A program made the position numbers and the translations under genes. A DNA stretch of 64,000 nucleotides from Burkholderiales bacterium (GTDB taxonomy: Bacteria; Pseudomonadota; Gammaproteobacteria; Burkholderiales; Eutrophovitaceae). Location: assembly GCA_028379895.1 (NCBI GenBank), contig JAOEKQ010000001.1, forward strand, positions 9,574 through 73,573, in the 5' to 3' direction. Below are positions 21,344 to 31,211 of this stretch, piece after piece; positions within the stretch are counted from its first letter, which is position 1; each line of letters begins with the position of its first letter. The notes beneath the pieces were generated by a model. It saw only the letters and a program-made list of their open reading frames with translations. It made no database searches and was not told where the DNA came from.

Positions 21344-23434
21344 ATGCATTCCCTTAAGCTTTGGCGGCTCTTAGCAGGCCTGTTTTCTACGCTTTTTCTT
21401 ATAACACCAACTAGTGCGCAAAAACCGATCGACATTGACCCAATAACGCTAAATCTGGGCCGATTCGATGATGCTTTAGAAAAAATCCCAGCAAATCTGA
21501 AAATAATATCAATTGAGGAGATCGAAAGAAGCGGCGCTACTAACGTTCCCGAATTATTGAGCCGTTATGCCGGTGTATTTACATCAATGGATTTTTTCGG
21601 CAACGGTTCTGATTCTGCCAAGGTAGACCTGAGAGCTTTCGGTTCAGTAGCAGACGAAAATACTTTGATCTTAATAGATGGCCGACGTGTAAAGGATAAC
21701 GACCTATCGACGGTAAATTGGTCATCAATCCCGTTAAAATTTATAGAACGAATTGAGATACTTCGAGGTGGAGGGGCTGTCTTGTATGGACGAGGCGCTA
21801 CCGCTGGGGTCATTAATATCGTCACAATGAGTCCCGGTAAGCGTGACAATTTCGTAGAAATCGAAGGAACGACTGGGACATACAACACGGATTCAGGAGC
21901 TATAGCAGGATCGTTCGGCACCGACAAATACGGTTTAATGGTGAATACTCAAGGCTATTCATCAGATAACTACAGGACCAACAATAAGGAGACGCGCCAA
22001 GCGGGTCAATTAGCATATAAATTCTATGGCGAAAGTATAGATACTTCGATCCAAATCGGGACTTCACAACAAAATGTTCGACTACCTGGCGCACTTAATA
22101 TACAACCTAGTAATGGTACCGATGAGGTGTTGTCCTTGGGTCGAAGGGGAAGTACGACGCCTAATGATTTTTCTAGAGCGATAGAAAATTACCTAACCGG
22201 AGGCCTTGACGTCGATGCTGGTGATTCTCAGGCCATTATAAATTTTGGGTGGAGGTCAAGTAATGACGAGTCTTTTTTTGATGCCTTTAATGACACTTAC
22301 GCGGAGAGGGACCGAGAGACATGGCACGTCTCACCTCGGCTTCGTCGCGCCTTCAACGTAGGCTCTATAGAGCATGATATTAAACTTGGTATGGACTACG
22401 AGAGATGGTCGGTGACTCGTAACGTCTCTGACGCGGAGCAGAATATAAGTGATCCACATAATATATTTAAATCCGAGCAGAGGAATTATGGGCTCTATGT
22501 GGAAAATACGATTGGCATTTCGGATCTATGGGCCCTCTCAGTTGGGGCCCGGTGGGATGAACAAACACAGAGTGCAATCGATACCTTCGATGCTAATGCT
22601 CCAGGAGCCGCGGCCAAATTTGAATCCCAAGCACCAGCCAAAGACCAGAAAATCTCAGTAAGTGGTTATGAGCTCAATTTAAAGCGTGAATTACAAATAG
22701 GTAGATACGTTGGTGTGAGTACGAACAAAAGCTATCGTCTCGCTAACGTAGATGAGATCGGAGCTACTGGTGAGTTCGACGCCAGTTCCAATAAGGTTTT
22801 TCAATTTTTAAGGCCGCAAATATCCCATACACACCAGCTTTTTTTTGGGCGAAATGCTCCACAGTACACGTATAACGTGAATTTATATCAAATTGATACC
22901 AGAGATGAAATCAGGCTGGACCTGCTGACCACCGGAGCGGGAAATACGAATTTTCCGTTAACTAAACGCCAAGGTTTTGAAGCGCAAACTAGTTTTATGG
23001 GGCCACACTTTTCTGTTTCGAGTGCTTATGTTTACACCAAAGCAAAGTTCTCCAGGGGGACTACAGGCACACATAACCTAACAGGAAAAACGATACCGCT
23101 AACGCCGAAACATACTTTTAATTTTAATGGTACTTACCGCTTTCCTAAGAATGTCGATTTATCGTTAGATTTTAATTATTTTAGTGAGCAGGTAATGGAT
23201 AATGATGAGCCAAATATTATGCACACGAATATTCCAGATTATTCAGTTACTAATTTGAAATTATCTCGCAAAACTGACGGATGGAAGTTCGGCGCTGGGG
23301 TTTCGAATTTGTTTGATCGTGAGTACCACAGTTATGCAGTCGCTAGCGGATTTACGGCAACGAGGTTCGGTGTGTACCCATTGCCTGAGCGCGTAATTTA
23401 TTTAACGATTGGTAAAACTTTTGGTACTAAATAA
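21344..23434 (+). CDS. TonB-dependent outer membrane receptor, probably for cobalamin (BtuB-like)
   Basis: Signal peptide; plug motifs TLILIDG and IERIEILRGGGAVLYG.GA.AGVINIVT; NLFDREY; downstream of the B12 riboswitch; ATG 21344 has SD GAGGT. Confidence 0.88.
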   Translation: MHSLKLWRLLAGLFSTLFLITPTSAQKPIDIDPITLNLGRFDDALEKIPANLKIISIEEIERSGATNVPELLSRYAGVFTSMDFFGNGSDSAKVDLRAFGSVADENTLILIDGRRVKDNDLSTVNWSSIPLKFIERIEILRGGGAVLYGRGATAGVINIVTMSPGKRDNFVEIEGTTGTYNTDSGAIAGSFGTDKYGLMVNTQGYSSDNYRTNNKETRQAGQLAYKFYGESIDTSIQIGTSQQNVRLPGALNIQPSNGTDEVLSLGRRGSTTPNDFSRAIENYLTGGLDVDAGDSQAIINFGWRSSNDESFFDAFNDTYAERDRETWHVSPRLRRAFNVGSIEHDIKLGMDYERWSVTRNVSDAEQNISDPHNIFKSEQRNYGLYVENTIGISDLWALSVGARWDEQTQSAIDTFDANAPGAAAKFESQAPAKDQKISVSGYELNLKRELQIGRYVGVSTNKSYRLANVDEIGATGEFDASSNKVFQFLRPQISHTHQLFFGRNAPQYTYNVNLYQIDTRDEIRLDLLTTGAGNTNFPLTKRQGFEAQTSFMGPHFSVSSAYVYTKAKFSRGTTGTHNLTGKTIPLTPKHTFNFNGTYRFPKNVDLSLDFNYFSEQVMDNDEPNIMHTNIPDYSVTNLKLSRKTDGWKFGAGVSNLFDREYHSYAVASGFTATRFGVYPLPERVIYLTIGKTFGTK

Positions 23435-23515
23435 TTGGCTTAGGTACGCATATTGCCCCCGAAGATTCTAGTAAAGTGACGTCAGACCTGTAGTTTTTGA
23501 GTTCTCTCTGGTAAT

Positions 23516-25279
23516 GTGCCATCGATGAAACCAGAAAAAAGCGCAAAGCTTTACATTCGTTTGTTGGGGTATCTGCGGCCTTACTCGCTCGTATTCTCGA
23601 TTTCAATCTTTGGCATGATCCTTGCTGCGGCCACAGAGGTTGCACTTCCTGTTGTGATTAAGCCTTTCTTGGACGGAACATTCATTGACAAAGATCCGTC
23701 CTTAATGACCTGGGCGCCCATTGCCCTGATTGTAATTTTTTTGGTTCGAGGAGTAGGTGGGTTCATTGCACAATACGCGAGTGCTTGGGTTGGAAATAAA
23801 ATGGTTATGGATTTACGTGAGGAGATGTTTGAGAAAATTCTCGTCTTGCCGTTGAAGTATTTTCATGAGCATAGTTCTGGCAGTCAGTTATCGAAATTTA
23901 CGTTTGATGTGTCGCTAGTCCAGTACGCAGCAACTCAAGTTATAACTGTTTTCGTTAAGGATACGTTAACGGTTTTTGGCCTTTTGGGATACCTAATCTT
24001 TCTAGACTGGCAGTTAACGCTAATTTCTTTGATTATGCTGCCACCTATAGCGTTTGTCGTTAGATATTTTAATGGTCGCTTACGCTGGGCAAGTCGGGAA
24101 ACACAGGACTCCGTAGGTACAGTCACTGAGGTCGTTCAAGAGTCTATTGATTGCAACAAGGTCGTTAAAATTTTTAGCGGCCAAAAGGCAGAGCGCAAGC
24201 GATTTTTTGAGGCGAGTAATCAGTTACGAAGGTTACTTATGAAGCAGACGATGGCGGTAGCGGCAAATGTTCCGATCGTACAGCTGATAGCAGCCATGGC
24301 GACTGCTATCGTTATTTACCATGTAATGGGACAGGTGCGCGCTGATGAAACTACTGTAGGAGGCTTTGTATCGTACCTTGCAGCGTTACTAATGCTGACG
24401 TCACCGATAAAACGATTGACCGGGATCATGGAGCATTTACAAAGGGGGCTAGCTGCTTGTGAAAGTGTTTTTGGGCTAATCGATCAAGAACCAGAATTAG
24501 ATGAAGGGATAGTTGAGTTAAATACCATTCGAGGTGAGATCATTTTTGATCGGGTTTCATTCAAATATCCAGGTACAGAAGTCTATGCGCTCGAGGATAT
24601 CGATTTAACAATCCAGCCAGGCGAGTGCATGGCCATTGTTGGCAGTTCTGGTAGTGGTAAGACCACATTAGCCAATATGTTACCGAGGTTTTTCACAGCA
24701 TCAAAAGGCCGTGTGCTAATTGATGGTCAGGAAATATCGACGATATCTTTGACAAGCTTGCGTTCAAACATAGCTTTGGTAAGTCAGGAAGTCGCGTTAT
24801 TTAATGACTCAGTTTTAGCAAATATTGTTTACGGTTCTGAGGACGAGCACAACGAACAAAAAGTAACGAATGCCGCGGAAGGTGCGTTCGCAACAGAGTT
24901 CATTAATAAGTTACCTGAAAGTTACGAGTCCTTGGTCGGCGAAAAAGGTATGAAGTTATCTGGGGGTCAGCGCCAGCGCTTAGCTATCGCACGGACATTA
25001 TTTAAAGATGCGCCTGTTGTGATTATGGATGAGGCGACTTCGGCTCTGGATGCGACATCAGAAAAGTTAGTAAAAGAGGCTTTCGAGCGAGTAAGAAAAG
25101 GACGAACAACCATTATTATTGCTCACCGATTCTCCACGATTGAGCAAGCAGATAGGATTGTTGTCATGGATGCAGGCCGAATAGTTGAAGTTGGTTCCCA
25201 TGACGAACTAATGAAACGCAAGGGCCGATATAAGAAGCTTTATGCTGTCTATGCGAGTAGCAATGGAGACGAGGTGTAG
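23516..25279 (+). CDS. msbA: Lipid A export ABC transporter MsbA
   Basis: LYIRLLGYLRPY N-terminus, membrane domain, GSSGSGKT, LSGGQRQR, DEATSALD, IAHR. Confidence 0.85.
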   Translation: MPSMKPEKSAKLYIRLLGYLRPYSLVFSISIFGMILAAATEVALPVVIKPFLDGTFIDKDPSLMTWAPIALIVIFLVRGVGGFIAQYASAWVGNKMVMDLREEMFEKILVLPLKYFHEHSSGSQLSKFTFDVSLVQYAATQVITVFVKDTLTVFGLLGYLIFLDWQLTLISLIMLPPIAFVVRYFNGRLRWASRETQDSVGTVTEVVQESIDCNKVVKIFSGQKAERKRFFEASNQLRRLLMKQTMAVAANVPIVQLIAAMATAIVIYHVMGQVRADETTVGGFVSYLAALLMLTSPIKRLTGIMEHLQRGLAACESVFGLIDQEPELDEGIVELNTIRGEIIFDRVSFKYPGTEVYALEDIDLTIQPGECMAIVGSSGSGKTTLANMLPRFFTASKGRVLIDGQEISTISLTSLRSNIALVSQEVALFNDSVLANIVYGSEDEHNEQKVTNAAEGAFATEFINKLPESYESLVGEKGMKLSGGQRQRLAIARTLFKDAPVVIMDEATSALDATSEKLVKEAFERVRKGRTTIIIAHRFSTIEQADRIVVMDAGRIVEVGSHDELMKRKGRYKKLYAVYASSNGDEV

Positions 25280-25343
25280 GACGACGTTTTTTAGTAGTAA
25301 GTCGGATTAAAATTTAGTTTAGCCGCTGAAAGGAGTCATAACG

Positions 25344-26273
25344 ATGAAGGTTCACCCCACTAGAAAATTCGATAATACCGCGAAAAATTATCAGCATATC
25401 GAAGCTTTACCGTTAGCTGCAGCGATGGGTGCTGAGATAAGAGGCATTGATATCAGCACTATTACCGACGCGCAATTTTCGGAAGTCGAGGATGCGCTCT
25501 ACCGACATAAAATGATTTATTTCCGAGATCAGAAATTTTCGCATGCCGATCAAGAGTCTTTTTCATTACGTTTTGGTGAATTCGCGGACGATGCGTATAC
25601 AACAGGCGTAGAAGGACATCGCAACGTTCATCCGGTCATTATGGAGGCAGAGACACGCGCTGAGATGGTTTTTGGAAACGGATGGCACGTTGACTCCCCT
25701 TTCATGAAGCAACCACCATCGGTGAGCATGTTATATGGCGTAGAAGTTCCGCCTTATGGTGGCGATACAATTTGGGCAAATTCAGTCTTAGCGTATAACT
25801 GCCTAAGTGAGACCATGAAGGCAATAATTGAGCCATTAAAAATCCATTTTTCTGCCAAGAGCGTTGTCAACCAACTTAAAAAGGAGGCTGACGATAAGCG
25901 AAAAAACGATGTTGATGGTGGTCGTACTAAAGGGTTCGGCGACATGGAGCTTGATATGAGAACGCAGGCTATGATTGACGGTAGTTTTCATCCATTAGTT
26001 CGAACTCACCCTAAGTCGGGAGAGCGTGCGCTATATGTTGATGAAACTTATACGAATGGTATTGCAGGTCTAACCGCAGCCGAGTCGGCCGGATTATTGA
26101 GCTTTCTCAAAGAACATGTTTCTCAGCCAGCTTTTACTTGTCGATTGAAGTGGGAACCCGATACTTTCGTACTTTGGGATAATCGAGGGTGCTGCCATCA
26201 TGCCTTTAATGATTATGATGGATATCGACGTGCTTTGTATCGAACTACGGTTAAGGGTGAAGTTCCGGTCTAA
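25344..26273 (+). CDS. TauD/TfdA-family 2-oxoglutarate-dependent dioxygenase
   Basis: GAEIRGID, WHVDS (HxD), GGDT, HPLVRTHP, WDNRGCCH..R. Confidence 0.92.
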   Translation: MKVHPTRKFDNTAKNYQHIEALPLAAAMGAEIRGIDISTITDAQFSEVEDALYRHKMIYFRDQKFSHADQESFSLRFGEFADDAYTTGVEGHRNVHPVIMEAETRAEMVFGNGWHVDSPFMKQPPSVSMLYGVEVPPYGGDTIWANSVLAYNCLSETMKAIIEPLKIHFSAKSVVNQLKKEADDKRKNDVDGGRTKGFGDMELDMRTQAMIDGSFHPLVRTHPKSGERALYVDETYTNGIAGLTAAESAGLLSFLKEHVSQPAFTCRLKWEPDTFVLWDNRGCCHHAFNDYDGYRRALYRTTVKGEVPV

Positions 26274-26496
26274 CGGTTTAGAGTCAAAAATATTATTGTT
26301 GTTTTATTTGGCGCATCGTCAAACCAAGCCTTGATTGTGGCCTCATGTTTGCCGATATAACGAATGGAATCATTGCTAAGCAATATGGGTTGGTCGTGAC
26401 CGAAGATTAGTATCATGCCGTCTCGGCCAGATTAGGAGCCCATGAGAAAAGATCGTTTATTTCCATTCGCCACGCTGTCCTTTTTTGAGTGGCGAA

Positions 26497-27366
26497 TCAA
26501 AAACCGTAGAGTCGTGCTGGATTATCAACCAAAATCGCCCGCCTCAGCGTATCTGATGGGGCGTAGTCGTCGAGTACGTTTAGTAATGCACCGTCATTAG
26601 GCATGTTGTCATATAAACCAGGGTGCGGCCAATCACTGCCCCACACCACACGTTTGTTTGATGCCGAAATGAGTGCGCAGGCGAAGGCCACTGCGTCCTT
26701 GTATAACGGCCTTTTTGTTGATATGCGATAGTTGCCTGATAGTTTTGCCCAGGCACGGCCTTCTTTGATTAAATTGATTAATGTTTGAAAACCAACGTCA
26801 CCAACACCACGAGTCGTAGGCATATGTCCCATGTGATCAAAAACGACCTCAGTAGGTAGCTTTTTTAGTTTGTTAGCAATAGATTGAAGTTCTGATACGT
26901 CAACAAGTAATTGAACGTGCCATTTAAATGTGACGATTTTTGATGCGATGTGTTCCAAGTTTTTTAACTTCGCCCCTCCTTTAAATAAAAGATTAAAGCG
27001 AACTCCCCTAATACCACCACGATGTAGCATCTCAAGCTCTCTTTCAGAGATGTTGTTAGGTACTACTGCAATACCTCGTGCATTTTTTTCACCATATTGT
27101 TTAATCGCCTCTAGGGTCGCTTTGTTATCGTTTCCGTAAATGGATGGTTGCACAATGACCGCGCGGGTGATGCCTAATTTACGATGCATATTTTGATATG
27201 CCCTAATCGAAGCTTCAGGTGGTGTATAAGATCGATCAAAAATTAATGGAAATCTTTTTCTTGGTCCGAAGATGTGTGCGTGGCAGTCGCACGACTTAGA
27301 GGGGACGTTGAATGCAGCTGGATCAACTTGGTCTAGGGGCGGTAAGCAAAGGTCTGTTTCACTCAT
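26497..27366 (-). CDS. Amidohydrolase_2 family, LigI (2-pyrone-4,6-dicarboxylate lactonase)-like
   Basis: CDCHAHIFGP, VQPSIYGNDN, RGVRFN, DHMGH, WGSDWPHP. Confidence 0.85.
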   Translation of the reverse strand: MSETDLCLPPLDQVDPAAFNVPSKSCDCHAHIFGPRKRFPLIFDRSYTPPEASIRAYQNMHRKLGITRAVIVQPSIYGNDNKATLEAIKQYGEKNARGIAVVPNNISERELEMLHRGGIRGVRFNLLFKGGAKLKNLEHIASKIVTFKWHVQLLVDVSELQSIANKLKKLPTEVVFDHMGHMPTTRGVGDVGFQTLINLIKEGRAWAKLSGNYRISTKRPLYKDAVAFACALISASNKRVVWGSDWPHPGLYDNMPNDGALLNVLDDYAPSDTLRRAILVDNPARLYGF

Positions 27367-27428
27367 AATGTTTAGCGCCTCGCTGTCGGGGATAACCCAA
27401 CCTAATCTTTATGGGTAGATTATAAATT

Positions 27429-30131
27429 TCAATGGGCTTGGTCCCAATTATTACCAAAGCCAATATCAGCGACCAGCGGTACGCTAAGTTTTGCGATTGT
27501 TGCCATGCGTTGCGGCACTTCTGTGAGAATTAATTCTAATTCTTTATCGGGTGTTTCTAATATCAGCTCATCATGAACTTGCATGATAATGTTAGTTTTT
27601 AATCCTTTATCACGAAGCCAGTCGTTGACAGCGATCATGGCGATTTTTATTAAATCGGCTGCCGTGCCCTGCATGGGAGCATTTATTGCCGCACGCTCAG
27701 CTGCTTGTCGCAGCTGATGATTCGATGCATGTATCTCTGGAAGCGTTAACCGCCTACCAAAAACTGTTTCGACATACCCGAGCTCTTTCGCTTGGCTTTT
27801 CGATCTATCCATATAATTTGCAACACCTGGATATCGAGAAAAGTATCGGTCGATATATTGCTGTGCAGCTGAGCGTTCAACACCGAGTTGCTTGGCGAGC
27901 CCAAACGCGGACATACCATAAATTAAACCAAAATTAATGACCTTTGCATAACGCCTTTGTTCGGTAGAGACCTCTATCGGGGTTAAATTGAAAAGCTCAC
28001 TTGCTGTTTGTCGGTGGACGTCTTCTCCGTTTTTGAAAGCTTCGATTAGACTCTCGTCTTCGGACAGATGTGCCATGATTCGTAACTCAATTTGTGAGTA
28101 ATCTGCAGAAACGATTGTTGATCCCGAAGGCGCGATGAATGCCTCTCTTACGCGCCGTCCCTCTTCAGTTCGGATAGGAATATTTTGTAGATTCGGCTCA
28201 TTACTTGCAAGCCGTCCAGTGTTGGCGACAGCTTGAGCATAATTAGTATGAATACGGCCGGTGTGCACATCAATCATTCGTGGAAGTTTTTCGGTATAGG
28301 TAGTTTTGAGCTTTGATAGCGTTCTATGAGTCAATATTAGTGCTGGCAAAGGGTGATCTAGAGCAAGCTGTTGTAGTACTTCCTCATTTGTTGATGGTTT
28401 GCCGCCGGGTGTCTTTTTGAGAACTGGTAAATGCTTTTGATTGAATAAAATTTCTTGTAATTGTTTGGGGGAGCTTAAATTGAAATTTGAGCCAGCCTCT
28501 TCAAACGCCTCTTTTTCAATAACTTGTATTCTGCCACTCAAATTGATAGTTTGGTCAGCTAATGAGGTAGCGTCGACAAGAACCCCGAAACGCTCTATTT
28601 CGAACAGAATCTCCATCGCAGGGAGTTCAATATCACGATAAATGTAAGTTAGTTTCGTTTCTTGCTTTAGTATCGGCCACAGATGTTGATGAAGTTGTAA
28701 GGTGATATCCGCGTCCTCAGCCGCATAGTCTCGAGCGACATTTAAGTCGACCTTGGAAAAGCATATTCTGTTAACCCCTTTACCCGTAATCTCGTCGTAA
28801 CTTGTCGTTTTGACCCCGAGATGTCTCATCGCGAGACTATCCATGTCATGCTTACGATGGCTCTCTAAAACGTAGGATTGCAAGAGCGTGTCGTGCTCGA
28901 TACCACGCATACGAATGCCATGATTCTTAAAGATATGTAAATCAAATTTTAAGTTTTGTCCTACTTTTTTGTGATCTGGAGATTCCAGCCAGGGTCTGAG
29001 TTTTTCCAAGACTAAATTGATATCAAGTTGTGCTGGACAATTAACATAATTGTGTCCTACCGGAATGTAGCTTGCTCGACCTGGTTCTGTCGCGAGGGAA
29101 ATACCGACTAATTTGGCCTGCATTGAGTCAAGACCAGTTGTTTCGGTATCAATCGCAGTGAGGTCAGCAGCGTTTATTCTTTTAACATATTCATCCAGTG
29201 CGTTAACAGAATCTATGAGTTCGTATTCTCGAGGGATATTTTCTTTAGGAGCTGATCCGACTTGAACCTCAATCTCTTCCTCCTCCTTTTTGCGGAGCTC
29301 GGAAAGCCAAGTTTTAAAGTTTAATTTTTCGTATAGGCATACGAGTGCATTTTTGTTTTCAGGTCGATATGATAAATCTGCCATGCTGACGTTGAGTTCA
29401 ATATCATCTTTTAACGTTACAAGCTCTCGCGTTGTTGGCAGCCATTCAATGGATCGCCTTAAATTTTCTCCAACTTTGCCCTTAATATCACCCGCATTCG
29501 TAATGATGGACTCAAGATCACCAAATTCATCAAGCCATTTAACGGCCGTTTTGGGCCCTACTTTGTCCACCCCTGGAACGTTATCGACTGTGTCTCCAAC
29601 TAAGGTTTGATAATCGATCATTCTATCTGGGTAGACGCCAAATTTTGCTTTGACACCCTCTTTATCGAGAACTTCCCCAGTCATGGTATTGATGATTGTG
29701 ACATTTGGTTTAATAAGCTGAGCAATATCTTTATCACCAGTTGAAATTACCAATTCGAGCTTTTCTTCAAGACCTTTTCTAGTCAGTGTGGCGATAACGT
29801 CATCGGCTTCCACGTCAGGTATCACCATAAGGGGGATACCTAAAGCCTCAATACATTCGTGTAATGGCTCGATTTGAACGCGCAAGTCATCCGGCATGCT
29901 TGGTCTATTGGCTTTATATTTCGGAAAAATTTCATCACGAAATGTTTTCCCCTTAGCGTCGAAGATACAAGCGACGAAGTCCGGTTTAATGTCATGTCTT
30001 GCGCGCTTAAGCATATTAATGACACCGTAAATAGCACCAGTTGGCTCACCTGCTTTATTACGAAAATCCGGCATCGCATGGAAAGCGCGATAAAGATAGG
30101 AAGAGCCATCTATTAATAGTAATTTTTTCAT
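27429..30131 (-). CDS. polA: DNA polymerase I
   Basis: DGSSYLYRAFHA, EADD, DTETT exonuclease motif, ADYSQIELR, KVINFGLIYG, QVHDEL. Confidence 0.99.
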   Translation of the reverse strand: MKKLLLIDGSSYLYRAFHAMPDFRNKAGEPTGAIYGVINMLKRARHDIKPDFVACIFDAKGKTFRDEIFPKYKANRPSMPDDLRVQIEPLHECIEALGIPLMVIPDVEADDVIATLTRKGLEEKLELVISTGDKDIAQLIKPNVTIINTMTGEVLDKEGVKAKFGVYPDRMIDYQTLVGDTVDNVPGVDKVGPKTAVKWLDEFGDLESIITNAGDIKGKVGENLRRSIEWLPTTRELVTLKDDIELNVSMADLSYRPENKNALVCLYEKLNFKTWLSELRKKEEEEIEVQVGSAPKENIPREYELIDSVNALDEYVKRINAADLTAIDTETTGLDSMQAKLVGISLATEPGRASYIPVGHNYVNCPAQLDINLVLEKLRPWLESPDHKKVGQNLKFDLHIFKNHGIRMRGIEHDTLLQSYVLESHRKHDMDSLAMRHLGVKTTSYDEITGKGVNRICFSKVDLNVARDYAAEDADITLQLHQHLWPILKQETKLTYIYRDIELPAMEILFEIERFGVLVDATSLADQTINLSGRIQVIEKEAFEEAGSNFNLSSPKQLQEILFNQKHLPVLKKTPGGKPSTNEEVLQQLALDHPLPALILTHRTLSKLKTTYTEKLPRMIDVHTGRIHTNYAQAVANTGRLASNEPNLQNIPIRTEEGRRVREAFIAPSGSTIVSADYSQIELRIMAHLSEDESLIEAFKNGEDVHRQTASELFNLTPIEVSTEQRRYAKVINFGLIYGMSAFGLAKQLGVERSAAQQYIDRYFSRYPGVANYMDRSKSQAKELGYVETVFGRRLTLPEIHASNHQLRQAAERAAINAPMQGTAADLIKIAMIAVNDWLRDKGLKTNIIMQVHDELILETPDKELELILTEVPQRMATIAKLSVPLVADIGFGNNWDQAH

Positions 30132-30255
30132 GAATTGATTGCGGTAATTCGTGTGATAACACCCTCATGCATTATGTCAGAATTACTCAATGCGTAATTT
30201 CGGTAATATAGCGGTCTTGAGTAATGTTCTTGTCGATATAGTGATGCTGTAAATC

Positions 30256-31200
30256 ATGTCAGTTTTTACAAAAGTTAGTTTAGACGAAGCCTCGCAGTGG
30301 GTGAAGCAATATTACTCGATTGGTAAGGTCGTTAATTTGCGCGGCATCCAATCGGGCATAGAAAACACTAATTTTTTTCTGGATACAGATCATGGCGTTT
30401 TCGTCCTTACTCTTTTTGAAAAGTTAACCGCCACTGAACTGCCTTTTTACTTGAATTTAATGGCACACCTTAGCAGCCATGGCGTCCTTGTTCCTACGCC
30501 TATCAAAAAATTAGATAACCAGTTTTTGGGCGAACTCAACGGTAAGCCTGCTGTAATTGTTAGTTGTATTCCGGGGTCGCCTACTACAACACCCACTGGT
30601 GACCAGGTACATTTGGTGGGCGAGAAACTTGCACATATGCATTTGGCAGGGCAGTCTTTTGAGGGACATTTAAAAAACTTAAGGGGTAGTTCCTGGTGGT
30701 TTGAGGCGGCACAGGATATTTATAAGTTTTTAAATGAGGAAGATGCTCATTTACTTCGAACAGAGATAGCTTGCCAAGCTGAATTTGTCAGCGACGCGAT
30801 TCCACATGGGGCCATTCACGCGGATTTATTTCGAGATAATGTGCTGTTCGATGGATCTCGAGTAGGTGGATTTATTGACTTATACTTCGCCTGTATAGAC
30901 GCTTGGGTTTATGACGTTGCGATAACCGCAAATGATTGGTGTATTCGCTTCGACGGATCTCTCGACAATAACAAATTACAATCTCTATTGAGCGGTTACA
31001 ACAGTATTCGTCAGTTCACGTCTACGGAGAAAAAAGTATGGCCAATGATGTTGCGAGCAGGTGCACTTAGGTTTTGGGTGTCGCGTCTCTATGATTTGCA
31101 CTTACCACGGCCCGGTGAACTAACGCATGCCCACGACCCAGATTTATTTAAACGAATTTTACAAAATCATAGAGCTCAATCTCAAAGATTTCCTGCATAA
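30256..31200 (+). CDS. thrB: Homoserine kinase type II
   Basis: MSVFT, GIENTNFF, IHADLFRDNV, ALRFWVSRL. Confidence 0.95.
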   Translation: MSVFTKVSLDEASQWVKQYYSIGKVVNLRGIQSGIENTNFFLDTDHGVFVLTLFEKLTATELPFYLNLMAHLSSHGVLVPTPIKKLDNQFLGELNGKPAVIVSCIPGSPTTTPTGDQVHLVGEKLAHMHLAGQSFEGHLKNLRGSSWWFEAAQDIYKFLNEEDAHLLRTEIACQAEFVSDAIPHGAIHADLFRDNVLFDGSRVGGFIDLYFACIDAWVYDVAITANDWCIRFDGSLDNNKLQSLLSGYNSIRQFTSTEKKVWPMMLRAGALRFWVSRLYDLHLPRPGELTHAHDPDLFKRILQNHRAQSQRFPA

Positions 31201-31211
31201 AAAATTATTTT

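Noticed and set aside
30182-30225. ATTACTCAA/TTGAGTAAT inverted repeat and GTAAT repeats between polA and thrB, considered as a Pho box or operator
   Set aside because: The GTAAT copies are not at an 11-bp period, the arms are AT-rich with a 26-nt spacer, and nothing else supports it
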